Shown: positions 9,509-18,928, counted from the first letter of the stretch. The stretch is DNA of 64,000 bases from Campylobacterota bacterium (GCA_015494795.1 WGAM01000134.1:3069-67068); one strand, 5' to 3'. A program made the numbers and translations. Notes: generated from the letters alone by a model not told the origin.

Positions 9509-9513
9509 ATATT

Positions 9514-10764
9514 ATGTTAGAGTTAATAGAGATAGCATTTATTAATGTTTTTGCAAAACTTCTCAAGTTCGCTTTTGAACTTGGGACATCATTTTTTGTA
9601 AATAAAACAACTTATGGTGAGTTTGCATTAATTATTAGCTATATAATGATTTTTACTAAAATATCATCTTTTGGAATACAAAATATTATGGTGCGAGATG
9701 TACCAAAATATTCAAACTATAAATATATCTTCTATCTATTTTTTAACTCATCAACTATTATATTTATAATATCTATTATATTATATTTTACCCTATATCT
9801 ATTCTCTTTTAGTTATATTATATACTATCCCATAATATATATTATATTTTTATCAAACTCATTTAATATACTCTACTCTACATATCTAAGAAGTATTAAA
9901 GAGGTTAAATTATGGATATATTTTCAAGATATTAATATATATATTATCTATTTTACACTTTTAGCTATTCTATATCTATTTAATAGTAAAGAGTTAAATA
10001 TATCTTTTATATTAAATATATATACTATAGCCACAGTAGGTGCTTTAATATCTACTATAATATATCTAAAATTTAAAAGAGAGTTCAGACTTCTATCAAA
10101 ACTATCAATAAAAAAGATAAGATATATAGCAACTCACTCTATGCCTGTTCTATTTACAGGTTTAACATATCTAATAATATCCCGAATAGATATTATTATG
10201 TTAGAGAAGTATGTCAGTTTAGAGCTTGTTGGAGAGTATAATATTATAGCAAGAGTAACACTTCAAATTCTATTTTTCAATCAAGTAATAGTGTCCTACT
10301 ACTATCCTAGATTGGCAAATATGTTTGCCCAAAAGAGAGATTTTTCACAAATTGCACTCTATAATACAAAATTTGTACTACTATCTTTTATCTCTGTAAC
10401 TCTAATTAGTTTAGCTCTATATATTGCTATAAGAGATTTTAATCTATTTGAACTTCTAAATATTAAAAATAGAGAGGCTCTATATAGTGTATTTATAACT
10501 CTTACAACTACACAGATAATATACTCTGCTATATGTTTCTATGGAAATATCTTAATATATATTCATAAGCAGAAAATGGAATATCTAAATAATTTTATAG
10601 TCTTAATATTAGCAATTTTGTTAAATATTATCTTAATTCCTCTATATGGAGTATGGGGTGCATCTATTGCTACCTCTATTTCACTTATTTTAGGTAACAT
10701 TCTACAGATGGTTCAAGTAAAATACTTTACAGGAACTATCTTTATATCATTTAAGAGGAGATAG
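9514..10764 (+). CDS. polysaccharide/oligosaccharide flippase-like membrane protein (Wzx/MOP superfamily)
   Basis: 416 aa, hydrophobic throughout with about 12 predicted helices. The N-terminal region has the pattern typical of Wzx-type proteins. It starts 6 nt after the preceding gene. Confidence 0.55.
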   Translation: MLELIEIAFINVFAKLLKFAFELGTSFFVNKTTYGEFALIISYIMIFTKISSFGIQNIMVRDVPKYSNYKYIFYLFFNSSTIIFIISIILYFTLYLFSFSYIIYYPIIYIIFLSNSFNILYSTYLRSIKEVKLWIYFQDINIYIIYFTLLAILYLFNSKELNISFILNIYTIATVGALISTIIYLKFKREFRLLSKLSIKKIRYIATHSMPVLFTGLTYLIISRIDIIMLEKYVSLELVGEYNIIARVTLQILFFNQVIVSYYYPRLANMFAQKRDFSQIALYNTKFVLLSFISVTLISLALYIAIRDFNLFELLNIKNREALYSVFITLTTTQIIYSAICFYGNILIYIHKQKMEYLNNFIVLILAILLNIILIPLYGVWGASIATSISLILGNILQMVQVKYFTGTIFISFKRR

Positions 10765-10847
10765 ATATATTTAATTTTCTATATTTTGCTTTTATTATAG
10801 CTTTTCCATTCTATATTTTTAGTAGTGGACAACCTCAAATATCACAT

Positions 10848-11888
10848 TTGATATTAGTTGTACTATTTGCTTTTATACTCTTTAAAATGCCATCAGAGTT
10901 TCTAAAAAGTATAAAAGAGAATAAGCGAATTATGATATTTATGATATATATAACATATGTCAATTTAATTTGGCTCATCTTAACAGAGGATATATCATTT
11001 TTTATATATACTCTATTTTATCTATTTAATGTTCTACTCTTCTACTCAACATATCTACTTTATGAAAACTCTCTAATTAGTAGTAAAATTATAAGAGTAT
11101 CTATACTTTTTACACTTTTAATACAGTTTGTATTTCTATTAAAAAGTGGATTAAGTTTTAATACTAGAAATATGCTATTTTTTAATAATCCAAATCAGTT
11201 AGGTTATTTTGCTATTGCTATACTTAATATATATTTTATATTGGGAGTAAATCAAAAAATTGAGGATAGAGGCAGATTAGAGATTGTTCAAAATATTTTA
11301 GTATATATTCTATCTTTTATCTTAATACTATTCTCATCATCAAAAGCATCGATATTCTCATATATACTTATATTGATGTTTATACTATATATAGAGTTGA
11401 TAGAGAGAGTAAACTCACTAAAAATCTTTATTAGTGCAATATTAGCACTATCACTAGTGACAGCATTTATAGTTAATTTTAATACTATATCAAATATGGC
11501 AGAGAATACTGCACTATTTAATAGAACAGAGAAGATTGGAACAGAGAGTGATGACTCTTTAGCAGGTAGAGGTTATGACCGTATTATTGAGTATCCTAAA
11601 TATTTATTATTTGGAGCAGGTGAGGGAGATTTTAAAAGGTTTGCTTTATCACACCATAAGGGAGAACTACACTCTACAGTAGCAAATATTCTATTCTCTT
11701 ATGGATTAATTGGATTTATTATATTTGTCTCATTTTTTTTAAACTCTAAATTCTATATAAAGAGAGTTCTATTCTATATGTCTCCTATTCTGTTATATGG
11801 ATTAAGTCATAATGGAATAAGGAGTCCACTATTTTGGATAGCTTTAGCAATCTCTTTTAAATATTCTAAAAAAGAGGAGAGATATTAA
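10848..11888 (+). CDS. O-antigen ligase/polymerase family (Wzy_C) membrane protein
   Basis: 346 aa polytopic protein. A periplasmic loop is followed by GELHSTVANILFSYGLIGFIIF, which resembles the Wzy_C H-x-x-x-x-N/L...G signature. The frame is open upstream to 10755, so the true start may be earlier (see findings). Confidence 0.6.
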   Translation: MILVVLFAFILFKMPSEFLKSIKENKRIMIFMIYITYVNLIWLILTEDISFFIYTLFYLFNVLLFYSTYLLYENSLISSKIIRVSILFTLLIQFVFLLKSGLSFNTRNMLFFNNPNQLGYFAIAILNIYFILGVNQKIEDRGRLEIVQNILVYILSFILILFSSSKASIFSYILILMFILYIELIERVNSLKIFISAILALSLVTAFIVNFNTISNMAENTALFNRTEKIGTESDDSLAGRGYDRIIEYPKYLLFGAGEGDFKRFALSHHKGELHSTVANILFSYGLIGFIIFVSFFLNSKFYIKRVLFYMSPILLYGLSHNGIRSPLFWIALAISFKYSKKEERY

Positions 11889-11893
11889 AATCT

Positions 11894-12685
11894 CTAATCT
11901 CTACCATATGCTAAATCAATTAAGTTATAACCTCTTCTCCACTGCTCTTGAATTGATTTTCTAAAATTATATATTTTTTTACTTGTAGTAAATAGCTCTT
12001 TTCCATTATCCTCTTTTGTAAAGATACAGAACCATTCACTTGAGGTATATTCTATATTTTGTATATGATAACCCTCTCTCCATCTTTTTTTAATAATATA
12101 CTCAACATCTTCCCACTCATCAATAACATCATAAGATTGCTCTTTAATTCCACTATTTTTAACAAATACTCCAACCCAATATGCTTCTGCTCTCTCTACA
12201 TCAATCATATGATAGCCCTCTCTCCACCGTTTACTTACAAGTTTATTAAACTCATTCCAATAGCGAACTCTATCATATCTTGTATCTGTATATTTAGTAC
12301 CTTTCACTAAAACTCCAGTCCAGTAACCAGCACCATACTCTATATTAATAATTTTATAGCCCTGATTTGCATATTTTCTAAAAGCACTATTAAACTCTTT
12401 CCAATATCTTTTATGAATATAGACCTGCCCCTTATAACCAGTACCTTTTGCCATAATAGCTGACCATTTACCATCTCCATATTGAATATCTACAATATCA
12501 AAACCTCTACTCCACTCTCTTTTTATACCTTGATTAAACTTACTAAAACTTCCACTTGATAAGAAAGTCTCTGCAGTATAGGGTGTTTTTTTAGCAAATA
12601 CACCAACCCATATATCTCTACCCATAACTGATATAGGCAATAGAATAGAGAGTAGAATTAACCAAGAAAATCTATTTAATCTCAT
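11894..12685 (-). CDS. secreted protein of five tandem 46-48-aa repeats (propeller-like)
   Basis: 263 aa. Signal peptide MRLNRFSWLILLSILLPISVMG. The repeats contain W(R/S)xG(Y/F)x(I/M)x(D/N)(I/V)(E/Q)Y...W..(V/I)..K. Confidence 0.55.
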   Translation of the reverse strand: MRLNRFSWLILLSILLPISVMGRDIWVGVFAKKTPYTAETFLSSGSFSKFNQGIKREWSRGFDIVDIQYGDGKWSAIMAKGTGYKGQVYIHKRYWKEFNSAFRKYANQGYKIINIEYGAGYWTGVLVKGTKYTDTRYDRVRYWNEFNKLVSKRWREGYHMIDVERAEAYWVGVFVKNSGIKEQSYDVIDEWEDVEYIIKKRWREGYHIQNIEYTSSEWFCIFTKEDNGKELFTTSKKIYNFRKSIQEQWRRGYNLIDLAYGRD

Positions 12686-12799
12686 TATTACTCCTTGTAT
12701 TATTTAATTCTATATTCTAACATTATTAATTCTATTTCACATAATTTTTATAAATATAGATTTAAAAATATATTTTTTTATGCTTATATTATACAGTAT

Positions 12800-13405
12800 C
12801 TACTTTTTTTCTATCTGTGGAGGTTTTTTTATTGTATCAATAACTTTTATATTTGGATTATGAGTAATCTCTTTTAACTCTCTCTCTCTATCTTTTAATC
12901 TCTTCCCTCTCAGATAGTATCCACCAATAGCTCCACCTGTAGCACTCATTGCTAGTAGTCCCACTGTTACCATCTGTGCAAACACAAAGAGTGCACCAAC
13001 ACCAAGAACTCCTGCAAATGCAACACCCACTTTAAAATTAGCCTTTGCATGTGTTGAGGTTGCCTCTTTAACAATACTTCTCTGTGCCTCTTTTTGAGCA
13101 TCTTTTTCAATACGCCTTTTTTCCTCTTCTGCACTTAGACGAATTTTCTCTTTCTCTTTTGCAAAACTCTCTTTTACTCTATTAATAGCATCTTTACTAT
13201 AAGATTTAGACATTGAAGTAAACCAAAAAGCTATAATAAGAGCTATAAATAGTAGAGGAATTGCTATACGAAGAACTCCTACTGTTGTAAAATCATTTGG
13301 TGATAGTAGTATTAGTGATACAGTTACTATTTGAGCTAAAATAGTACCAAATAAAAATTTTAAAAGTTGCATATTATATTTGCCTAAATTATTTAATTTT
13401 AACAA
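12800..13405 (-). CDS. membrane protein of unknown function, last gene of the gspC-D-E strand
   Basis: 201 aa. It has two N-terminal TM helices, a charged coiled-coil segment (EKEKIRLSAEEEKRRIEKDAQKEAQ), and then a Gly/Ala-rich TM pair. Confidence 0.45.
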   Translation of the reverse strand: MLKLNNLGKYNMQLLKFLFGTILAQIVTVSLILLSPNDFTTVGVLRIAIPLLFIALIIAFWFTSMSKSYSKDAINRVKESFAKEKEKIRLSAEEEKRRIEKDAQKEAQRSIVKEATSTHAKANFKVGVAFAGVLGVGALFVFAQMVTVGLLAMSATGGAIGGYYLRGKRLKDRERELKEITHNPNIKVIDTIKKPPQIEKK

Positions 13406-13429
13406 TATTATATCTTTTTAACTATTAAA

Positions 13430-14950
13430 TTAATCCTCCATAATTCCAATACGAACAGCCTCTTCATAAGATGTATCTCCATTAATTAACATCTCTTTTA
13501 ACTTATCTGCAATAGTTACCATTCCACTCTCTTTTACCCTCTGTCTAATCTGATGGTCATTTAATCCATCTTTCATCATACTCTTAACTTCATCATTCAT
13601 AATAAAAAGCTCTCCAACTGCTTTTCTTCCACTATATCCTGTGTAGTCACACTCTTTACAACCTTTAGCTTTATAAAAAGTACTATGAGTTGGTAGAGAT
13701 AACTCATCTATAACAGTTGGAGATAATTTAGTTGGCTCTTTGCAAGATGGGCATAGTTGTCTTGTAAGTCTTTGAGCCAATACTCCTAATAGCGTAGAGG
13801 ATATTAAAAACTCTTCAATACCCATATCCATTAAACGACTAAGTGCCGAAGTTGCATCATTTGTATGTAGAGTAGATAGCATTAAGTGACCTGTTAGAGC
13901 AGAACGGAGTGCAATATCTGCTGTTTCACTATCTCTAATCTCCCCTACCATAATAATATCTGGGTCTTGTCTAAGTATTGAACGGAGTCCTGCTGCAAAG
14001 CTTAATCCAACTTTAGCATTTACTTGAATCTGATTTACATTTTGAGCATTATACTCAACGGGGTCTTCTACTGTAATAATATTTTTATCTGGAGTTGCAA
14101 TATGTTGCAGACAAGCATGAAGTGTAGTTGATTTTCCTGAACCTGTAGGACCTGTTACTAGTATCATTCCATGAGGGTGAGTTAAGAGCCTATTTAAATC
14201 TGCTGTTAACTCTTCTGAAAATCCAAGACTCTGTAGAGTTGGTATATTTTCACTCTGCATAAGCATTCTCATAACAACTCTCTCTCCATAGTAGGTTGGA
14301 AGAACAGATACCCTAATATCTAAACTCTTTCCTGCAATTGTAACCTGTGTTCTACCATCTTGTGGAACTCTCTTCTCTGATATATCTAAGTTAGAGATAA
14401 CTTTAATTCTTGATATAACTAATCCTGTAATATTTTTATCTATATCAAGATGTTTTTTTAATGCTCCATCAATTCTTAATCTAACTTCACCCTTCTTTTC
14501 AAGTGTCTCTATATGAATATCACTAGCACCCTTTTTTATAGCTTGAAAAAATAGAGAATTTACAAGTTTTACAACAGGTGCTGACTCCTCATTTGATAAT
14601 AAATCTTGAGAGTTTCGTATAAAATCTAATAAATCAGACTCAACTTCAATAATATCATCACTACTATCAGTAGCAATAGAGTCAAAATCACTACCTGTTT
14701 TAATCTCTAAAAACTTATTCTCTAATCTTTTAAAACTATCTTTATCAACCTCTATAATAGGATAATCTATATCTAATTTAGATAGATAATTTAGTGCCAT
14801 TGCCATAGTATCTCTCTCTATAATAGTACATCTTCTATCTTTAATAAGTGCAAATAGAAGATGATGCCTCATTGCTATAGAGTTATTTATATCATCACTC
14901 CAAAATGGTTCTAAATCAATATTCTCAATAAATGGTAACTTCTTAATCAC
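13430..14950 (-). CDS. gspE: type II secretion ATPase GspE
   Basis: 506 aa. Walker A GPTGSGKSTT, Asp box, LRQDPDIIMVGEIRD, the His box, and the tetracysteine CPSC...CKEC motif are all present. Confidence 0.9.
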   Translation of the reverse strand: MIKKLPFIENIDLEPFWSDDINNSIAMRHHLLFALIKDRRCTIIERDTMAMALNYLSKLDIDYPIIEVDKDSFKRLENKFLEIKTGSDFDSIATDSSDDIIEVESDLLDFIRNSQDLLSNEESAPVVKLVNSLFFQAIKKGASDIHIETLEKKGEVRLRIDGALKKHLDIDKNITGLVISRIKVISNLDISEKRVPQDGRTQVTIAGKSLDIRVSVLPTYYGERVVMRMLMQSENIPTLQSLGFSEELTADLNRLLTHPHGMILVTGPTGSGKSTTLHACLQHIATPDKNIITVEDPVEYNAQNVNQIQVNAKVGLSFAAGLRSILRQDPDIIMVGEIRDSETADIALRSALTGHLMLSTLHTNDATSALSRLMDMGIEEFLISSTLLGVLAQRLTRQLCPSCKEPTKLSPTVIDELSLPTHSTFYKAKGCKECDYTGYSGRKAVGELFIMNDEVKSMMKDGLNDHQIRQRVKESGMVTIADKLKEMLINGDTSYEEAVRIGIMED

Positions 14951-17172
14951 TAATATGTTACTCCCTCATTATACTCTATACCTGTATCAATCTGCTCTAA
15001 ATCAATCTTTTTTTTAGGTTGGCTAATTGTATCTAAGATTGATTCACTTCTTACTCTATCTTCACTACTACTCTCATTATCTGCTTGAATATATGGAATT
15101 GAGTTATCCTCCTCTATAAAATCACTATTACTAGTTGTTAAGAAATGGTCTTGTGATTTTGTTCCAAATGTGGTATGCTCTTTCTTCTCTTCTATTCCAA
15201 GTCTCTTTTTTTCTAAGGCATTAAGAACTATCTTATTAAATTTATCTTGAATAGAGTCTAACTCATCTAAATTTTTTCTAAGTGTTACTAAATCAGTACT
15301 CTTCTTAACTATATATGGAGTAAGATATATAACAACATTTACTTTACTCTTTGCATTACCTTGAGATGTAAAGAGTCTGCCTAAAATTGGAATATCTCCT
15401 AATATAGGAACTTTAGTTGAGCTTTTTCCTGTTGCCGTTTTAATAAGTCCACCTAAAATAATAGTCTCTGCATTATTAACTATTGCATTTGTTTTTATCT
15501 TTCTTTTTGTTGTTGTTGGTCTATCTGCTGAAGCACTAGAGCCAGGTAGTATATCTTCAATAGTTGTCTCAACCTCAAGTGCTACTTTATTACCACTAGA
15601 TAATCTAGGTTTAACTTTTAGAGTTATACCAATATCCTCTCTACTATAGTTATTTAATATATTTGATGCACCTTGTGTACTCTGTTGAGACTGTGTTAAG
15701 ATTGATTGAGTTCTTCCCACATAAATAGTTGACTCTTTATTATTAGTGCTAAGTACAGATGGCTCTGATAAGATTTGTGCTGCTCCATTCTGTTTTAACA
15801 AATCAAGTTTAACCCCCATAGAGAAAATCTGCTTAATTCCCTCATCAAATGAGAAGTTTTTACTTGTCTCTGTACCTATTGGATTTCCTGCATCATTATA
15901 TATAGTTCTTGTTCCACCTTGATTTAAAAAACTCATAAGCTCTCCAGAGATTGCAAGTGGTGCTGCCCCTGAACTTGATAGGATAGAAAATATCCCTTTT
16001 GATGTAATAGCTCCACCATTAAATCCATACTTTACACCTATATTTTCAGCTAAATTTGTATTAACTTCGACAATTTTTGCTCTAATATAGACTTGAGCCT
16101 TCTCAACATCTAAAGCATTTATGGTCTCTCTAATATTTGCAATTTGAGCTGGATTTGCTAAAACTATAAGTGCATTTCTCTCTATATCACTAGCAATAAC
16201 AGCCTTTTGAACTTTTCTATTCCTTCTTGGAATTGGATAGTTTCTTCTAATTGGAACTTTTGCACCCTTTACTATGGCATGAATAGAGCCACTTGATAGA
16301 TTTCCTGTCATCTGTGGTAGAAGTTTAGATAAAATCTTCTCCATCTCTTCAACATTAGAGTTTTTAAGAGGTATAACATACATCTTCTGTCTATCTTCAT
16401 CTTCCCCTTTAACATCAAGCTCTCTTATATATTCTGTAAGTTTATCTATATTTCTACTATTTCCTACTAATATGATTGAGTTACTATTCTCATCTTTCAT
16501 AACAGATACTCTCTCACTTATAATATCTTGTGGAAATAGACTCTTTGCCATCATCTGAATATTTGGATAGACATTTTTTACGAAGGCATTATTTAGTGTA
16601 ATGATTTTACTTCTTTTTCTCTCACCATTTTCTATCTTATCTATCAGTTTTTTTATAGATTTTAGAGTTCTAGGATATGCAGTAATTGCTAATAGGTTAT
16701 TATTTTTAAATGATACAACTTTTGCACTTCTATGAAGAAGAGGTTTTATTTTAGTTCTAATAACAGCAGAATTTACTCTATTTAGTTTAAATATAACTGT
16801 CTCCATAATTCCATTACTACTATTTCGTCTATTTATACTATGACTACTCTTAACAGGTAATCCCTCTCCTGCTGCTTCTGGACTTCTTACTACTTGATAA
16901 TAGTTACCCCTTTTTATAAGAGTCATCTTTTTACTCTCTAAAATAGCATTTACTAAAGGTATTAATTCACTTTTATCAATAGGTTTATTTGAGATAAAAT
17001 TTACTTTTCCTTTTACATCTCCATTGATTAATATATTCTTTCCAGTAATTTTAGCAACCATTCTAATAAAATCTTTAATCTCTAAATTTTTAAAATTTAC
17101 AGTGACCTTTTCTGCATTAGCAAAAAGATTTAATATAATAAATATTATTAATACTCTTTTAGTTAATCTCAT
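14950..17172 (-). CDS. gspD: type II secretion secretin GspD
   Basis: 740 aa with a signal peptide. The N0-like start is VNFKNLEIKDFIRMVAKITGKNILI. The secretin core contains VPILGDIPILGRLF. A C-terminal acidic tail of about 125 aa follows. Confidence 0.9.
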   Translation of the reverse strand: MRLTKRVLIIFIILNLFANAEKVTVNFKNLEIKDFIRMVAKITGKNILINGDVKGKVNFISNKPIDKSELIPLVNAILESKKMTLIKRGNYYQVVRSPEAAGEGLPVKSSHSINRRNSSNGIMETVIFKLNRVNSAVIRTKIKPLLHRSAKVVSFKNNNLLAITAYPRTLKSIKKLIDKIENGERKRSKIITLNNAFVKNVYPNIQMMAKSLFPQDIISERVSVMKDENSNSIILVGNSRNIDKLTEYIRELDVKGEDEDRQKMYVIPLKNSNVEEMEKILSKLLPQMTGNLSSGSIHAIVKGAKVPIRRNYPIPRRNRKVQKAVIASDIERNALIVLANPAQIANIRETINALDVEKAQVYIRAKIVEVNTNLAENIGVKYGFNGGAITSKGIFSILSSSGAAPLAISGELMSFLNQGGTRTIYNDAGNPIGTETSKNFSFDEGIKQIFSMGVKLDLLKQNGAAQILSEPSVLSTNNKESTIYVGRTQSILTQSQQSTQGASNILNNYSREDIGITLKVKPRLSSGNKVALEVETTIEDILPGSSASADRPTTTKRKIKTNAIVNNAETIILGGLIKTATGKSSTKVPILGDIPILGRLFTSQGNAKSKVNVVIYLTPYIVKKSTDLVTLRKNLDELDSIQDKFNKIVLNALEKKRLGIEEKKEHTTFGTKSQDHFLTTSNSDFIEEDNSIPYIQADNESSSEDRVRSESILDTISQPKKKIDLEQIDTGIEYNEGVTY

Positions 17173-18016
17173 ACTCTAACTCCATCTCTTGATTATTTCT
17201 TACTATACCTAGCGTTAAACTATCTATATTTCCAATCTCTTTATAAAAAGAGAAAGCAGAATTATAGCTATTTAACTCTTCTCCATTTATTGATTTTAAA
17301 ATATCACCTCTCTTTAGACCCAATTTCTCAAAATCACTACCTCTTTTTACAAAATTAACAATAAATCCATCTAAAACACCATTTTTCTTATGCTCTCCAA
17401 TACCAATATCTCTCCATACTTTATCTATATCTTTTGTATAAGAGGTTAATAGTCCTTTTGAGATAACTCTCTCTCCATCATCTCTCTTAATTATTTTTTT
17501 ACTTTTACTATCTTTTTTATGATTTTTTTTATCTTTCTCTTTAATAACCTTAATTGAACTTGGATTTTTTATTTTACTACCTTTTAAAGAGAGTTTAAAC
17601 TCTCTATTACTCTTTTTAAATATAGCAAAATCTCTTCCTCCTGAAATTAATTTAAATCCATCTATATCTTCACCTTTAGCTAAAACTTTACTCTTTCTAT
17701 TTTTTGAAACAGTAACAACTAATGTCTCTTTAGAGCTATATATTCCTAATAACTTTATCCCTTTCATACTAACTACAGGAGGAGGAGCCTTTTTTACTAT
17801 TTTCACAACTTTTGTGGGTGCTTTTTTCTGTTGAGGTAACTTTCTAGCTAATTTTATACGATAATATAGATTTTTTAATTTTACATCTTTAATATGTTCT
17901 ACACCTGAAGTTGGTAGAAATAGATAAGATGTAATAATCCATATTAGTTTTACAAAAACTACAATAGAGAAGATATATATTAGAGTTTTTAATTTTTTAC
18001 TTAAAAAATTTTTCAT
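17159..18016 (-). CDS. gspC: GspC-like T2SS inner-membrane protein with C-terminal PDZ domain
   Basis: It has an N-terminal TM helix, a Lys-rich linker and a PDZ-like segment (GLKRGDILKSINGEEL). It lies immediately upstream of gspD. I placed the start at the second ATG (18016), which has AAAGGGG 7 nt upstream. Confidence 0.6.
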   Translation of the reverse strand: MKNFLSKKLKTLIYIFSIVVFVKLIWIITSYLFLPTSGVEHIKDVKLKNLYYRIKLARKLPQQKKAPTKVVKIVKKAPPPVVSMKGIKLLGIYSSKETLVVTVSKNRKSKVLAKGEDIDGFKLISGGRDFAIFKKSNREFKLSLKGSKIKNPSSIKVIKEKDKKNHKKDSKSKKIIKRDDGERVISKGLLTSYTKDIDKVWRDIGIGEHKKNGVLDGFIVNFVKRGSDFEKLGLKRGDILKSINGEELNSYNSAFSFYKEIGNIDSLTLGIVRNNQEMELEYEIN

Positions 18017-18524
18017 AATATAACCCCTTTGCATCTGTTTTTAAGAAACCTCTAAAGGCACTAATATCTTTAGGTTTTGGTACTCTAATAAATATCTTAT
18101 TCATATTTAGATAGACTCCACCAGTGATTTCTCCAAACGAGCCATTAGCATCTATTGATATTTTATATGGTTTTAATATACTAAAAACAGCCTTAGCATA
18201 ATTTATATTTTTTGGAACAAAATTCTGTATAGATTTATCTGTTGTTACACTATCTATAGTTAATCTATTATATAAAAAAAATATATCTAAATTAATTGAT
18301 TTTATGTGGGCTACATTCATACCCTTTAGATAGATATTTGCATTTTCTATTTTTACTCCTAAAATGGTATCTGTAAATTTCTCATCACCAATTACAATGC
18401 CATTTTTCTCTAACTCTTTTTCTAATTTATAATATAGTTCATGTTTTGGAGCAAAAATTAAGAGAGCTAAGAGTATTATAAAAGAGTTAATTATACTAAT
18501 AATTATCTTTTTTACCATTTGCAT
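17997..18524 (-). CDS. small bitopic T2SS-associated protein (GspN-like by position only)
   Basis: 175 aa with a single N-terminal TM helix. It overlaps both neighbours within the gsp strand. No recognisable motif. Confidence 0.3.
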   Translation of the reverse strand: MQMVKKIIISIINSFIILLALLIFAPKHELYYKLEKELEKNGIVIGDEKFTDTILGVKIENANIYLKGMNVAHIKSINLDIFFLYNRLTIDSVTTDKSIQNFVPKNINYAKAVFSILKPYKISIDANGSFGEITGGVYLNMNKIFIRVPKPKDISAFRGFLKTDAKGLYYEKFFK

Positions 18525-18928
18525 ATTAACTCCATATTATAACTCTCTCTCCCAGCCTCTTTTATATCCAATTTTACAATCTGAAAAGGATTATTCATAA
18601 CTATTTTTATAATACTATTTAACTCTTTTATATTAACTCCTCTATATTTAACAATAACCTTTTGACCTCTCTTTTTAAAAGAACCTATTTTAGATTTAGA
18701 GACTATAGTTCTTAATATTTTAACCTTTTTTAATATAGATTTACTCTTCCATATCTTTTTAAGCTCTAAAACTCTATTAATCTGATTGATTGAAGTTGTA
18801 ATATTCTCTCTCCTATTCTCTATATCTCTATCTATAGAGTGTTTATATGAGAATGTTAATATAGCAAATAGAGTAGCCCCTAAAATAATAAGTTCATTTC
18901 TAAATCTTTTTAATATCATTAAATTCAT
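18512..18928 (-). CDS. small bitopic T2SS-associated protein (GspM-like by size, topology and position)
   Basis: 138 aa with an N-terminal TM helix (LIILGATLFAILTF). It follows the GspL-like gene with a 4-nt overlap. Confidence 0.35.
   Translation of the reverse strand: MNLMILKRFRNELIILGATLFAILTFSYKHSIDRDIENRRENITTSINQINRVLELKKIWKSKSILKKVKILRTIVSKSKIGSFKKRGQKVIVKYRGVNIKELNSIIKIVMNNPFQIVKLDIKEAGRESYNMELICKW

Noticed and set aside
12695-12877. A 60-aa + strand ORF in the intergenic region between the propeller gene and the 201-aa gene.
   Set aside because: Its translation is extremely low-complexity (F/Y/I/N-rich). It overlaps the end of the 201-aa gene and has no RBS, so it is probably promoter DNA.
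12800-13405. The 201-aa protein as a truncated GspF.
   Set aside because: GspF is about 400 aa with two repeated cytoplasmic T2SSF domains and three TM helices. This protein has a different topology and none of the GspF-like sequence blocks.
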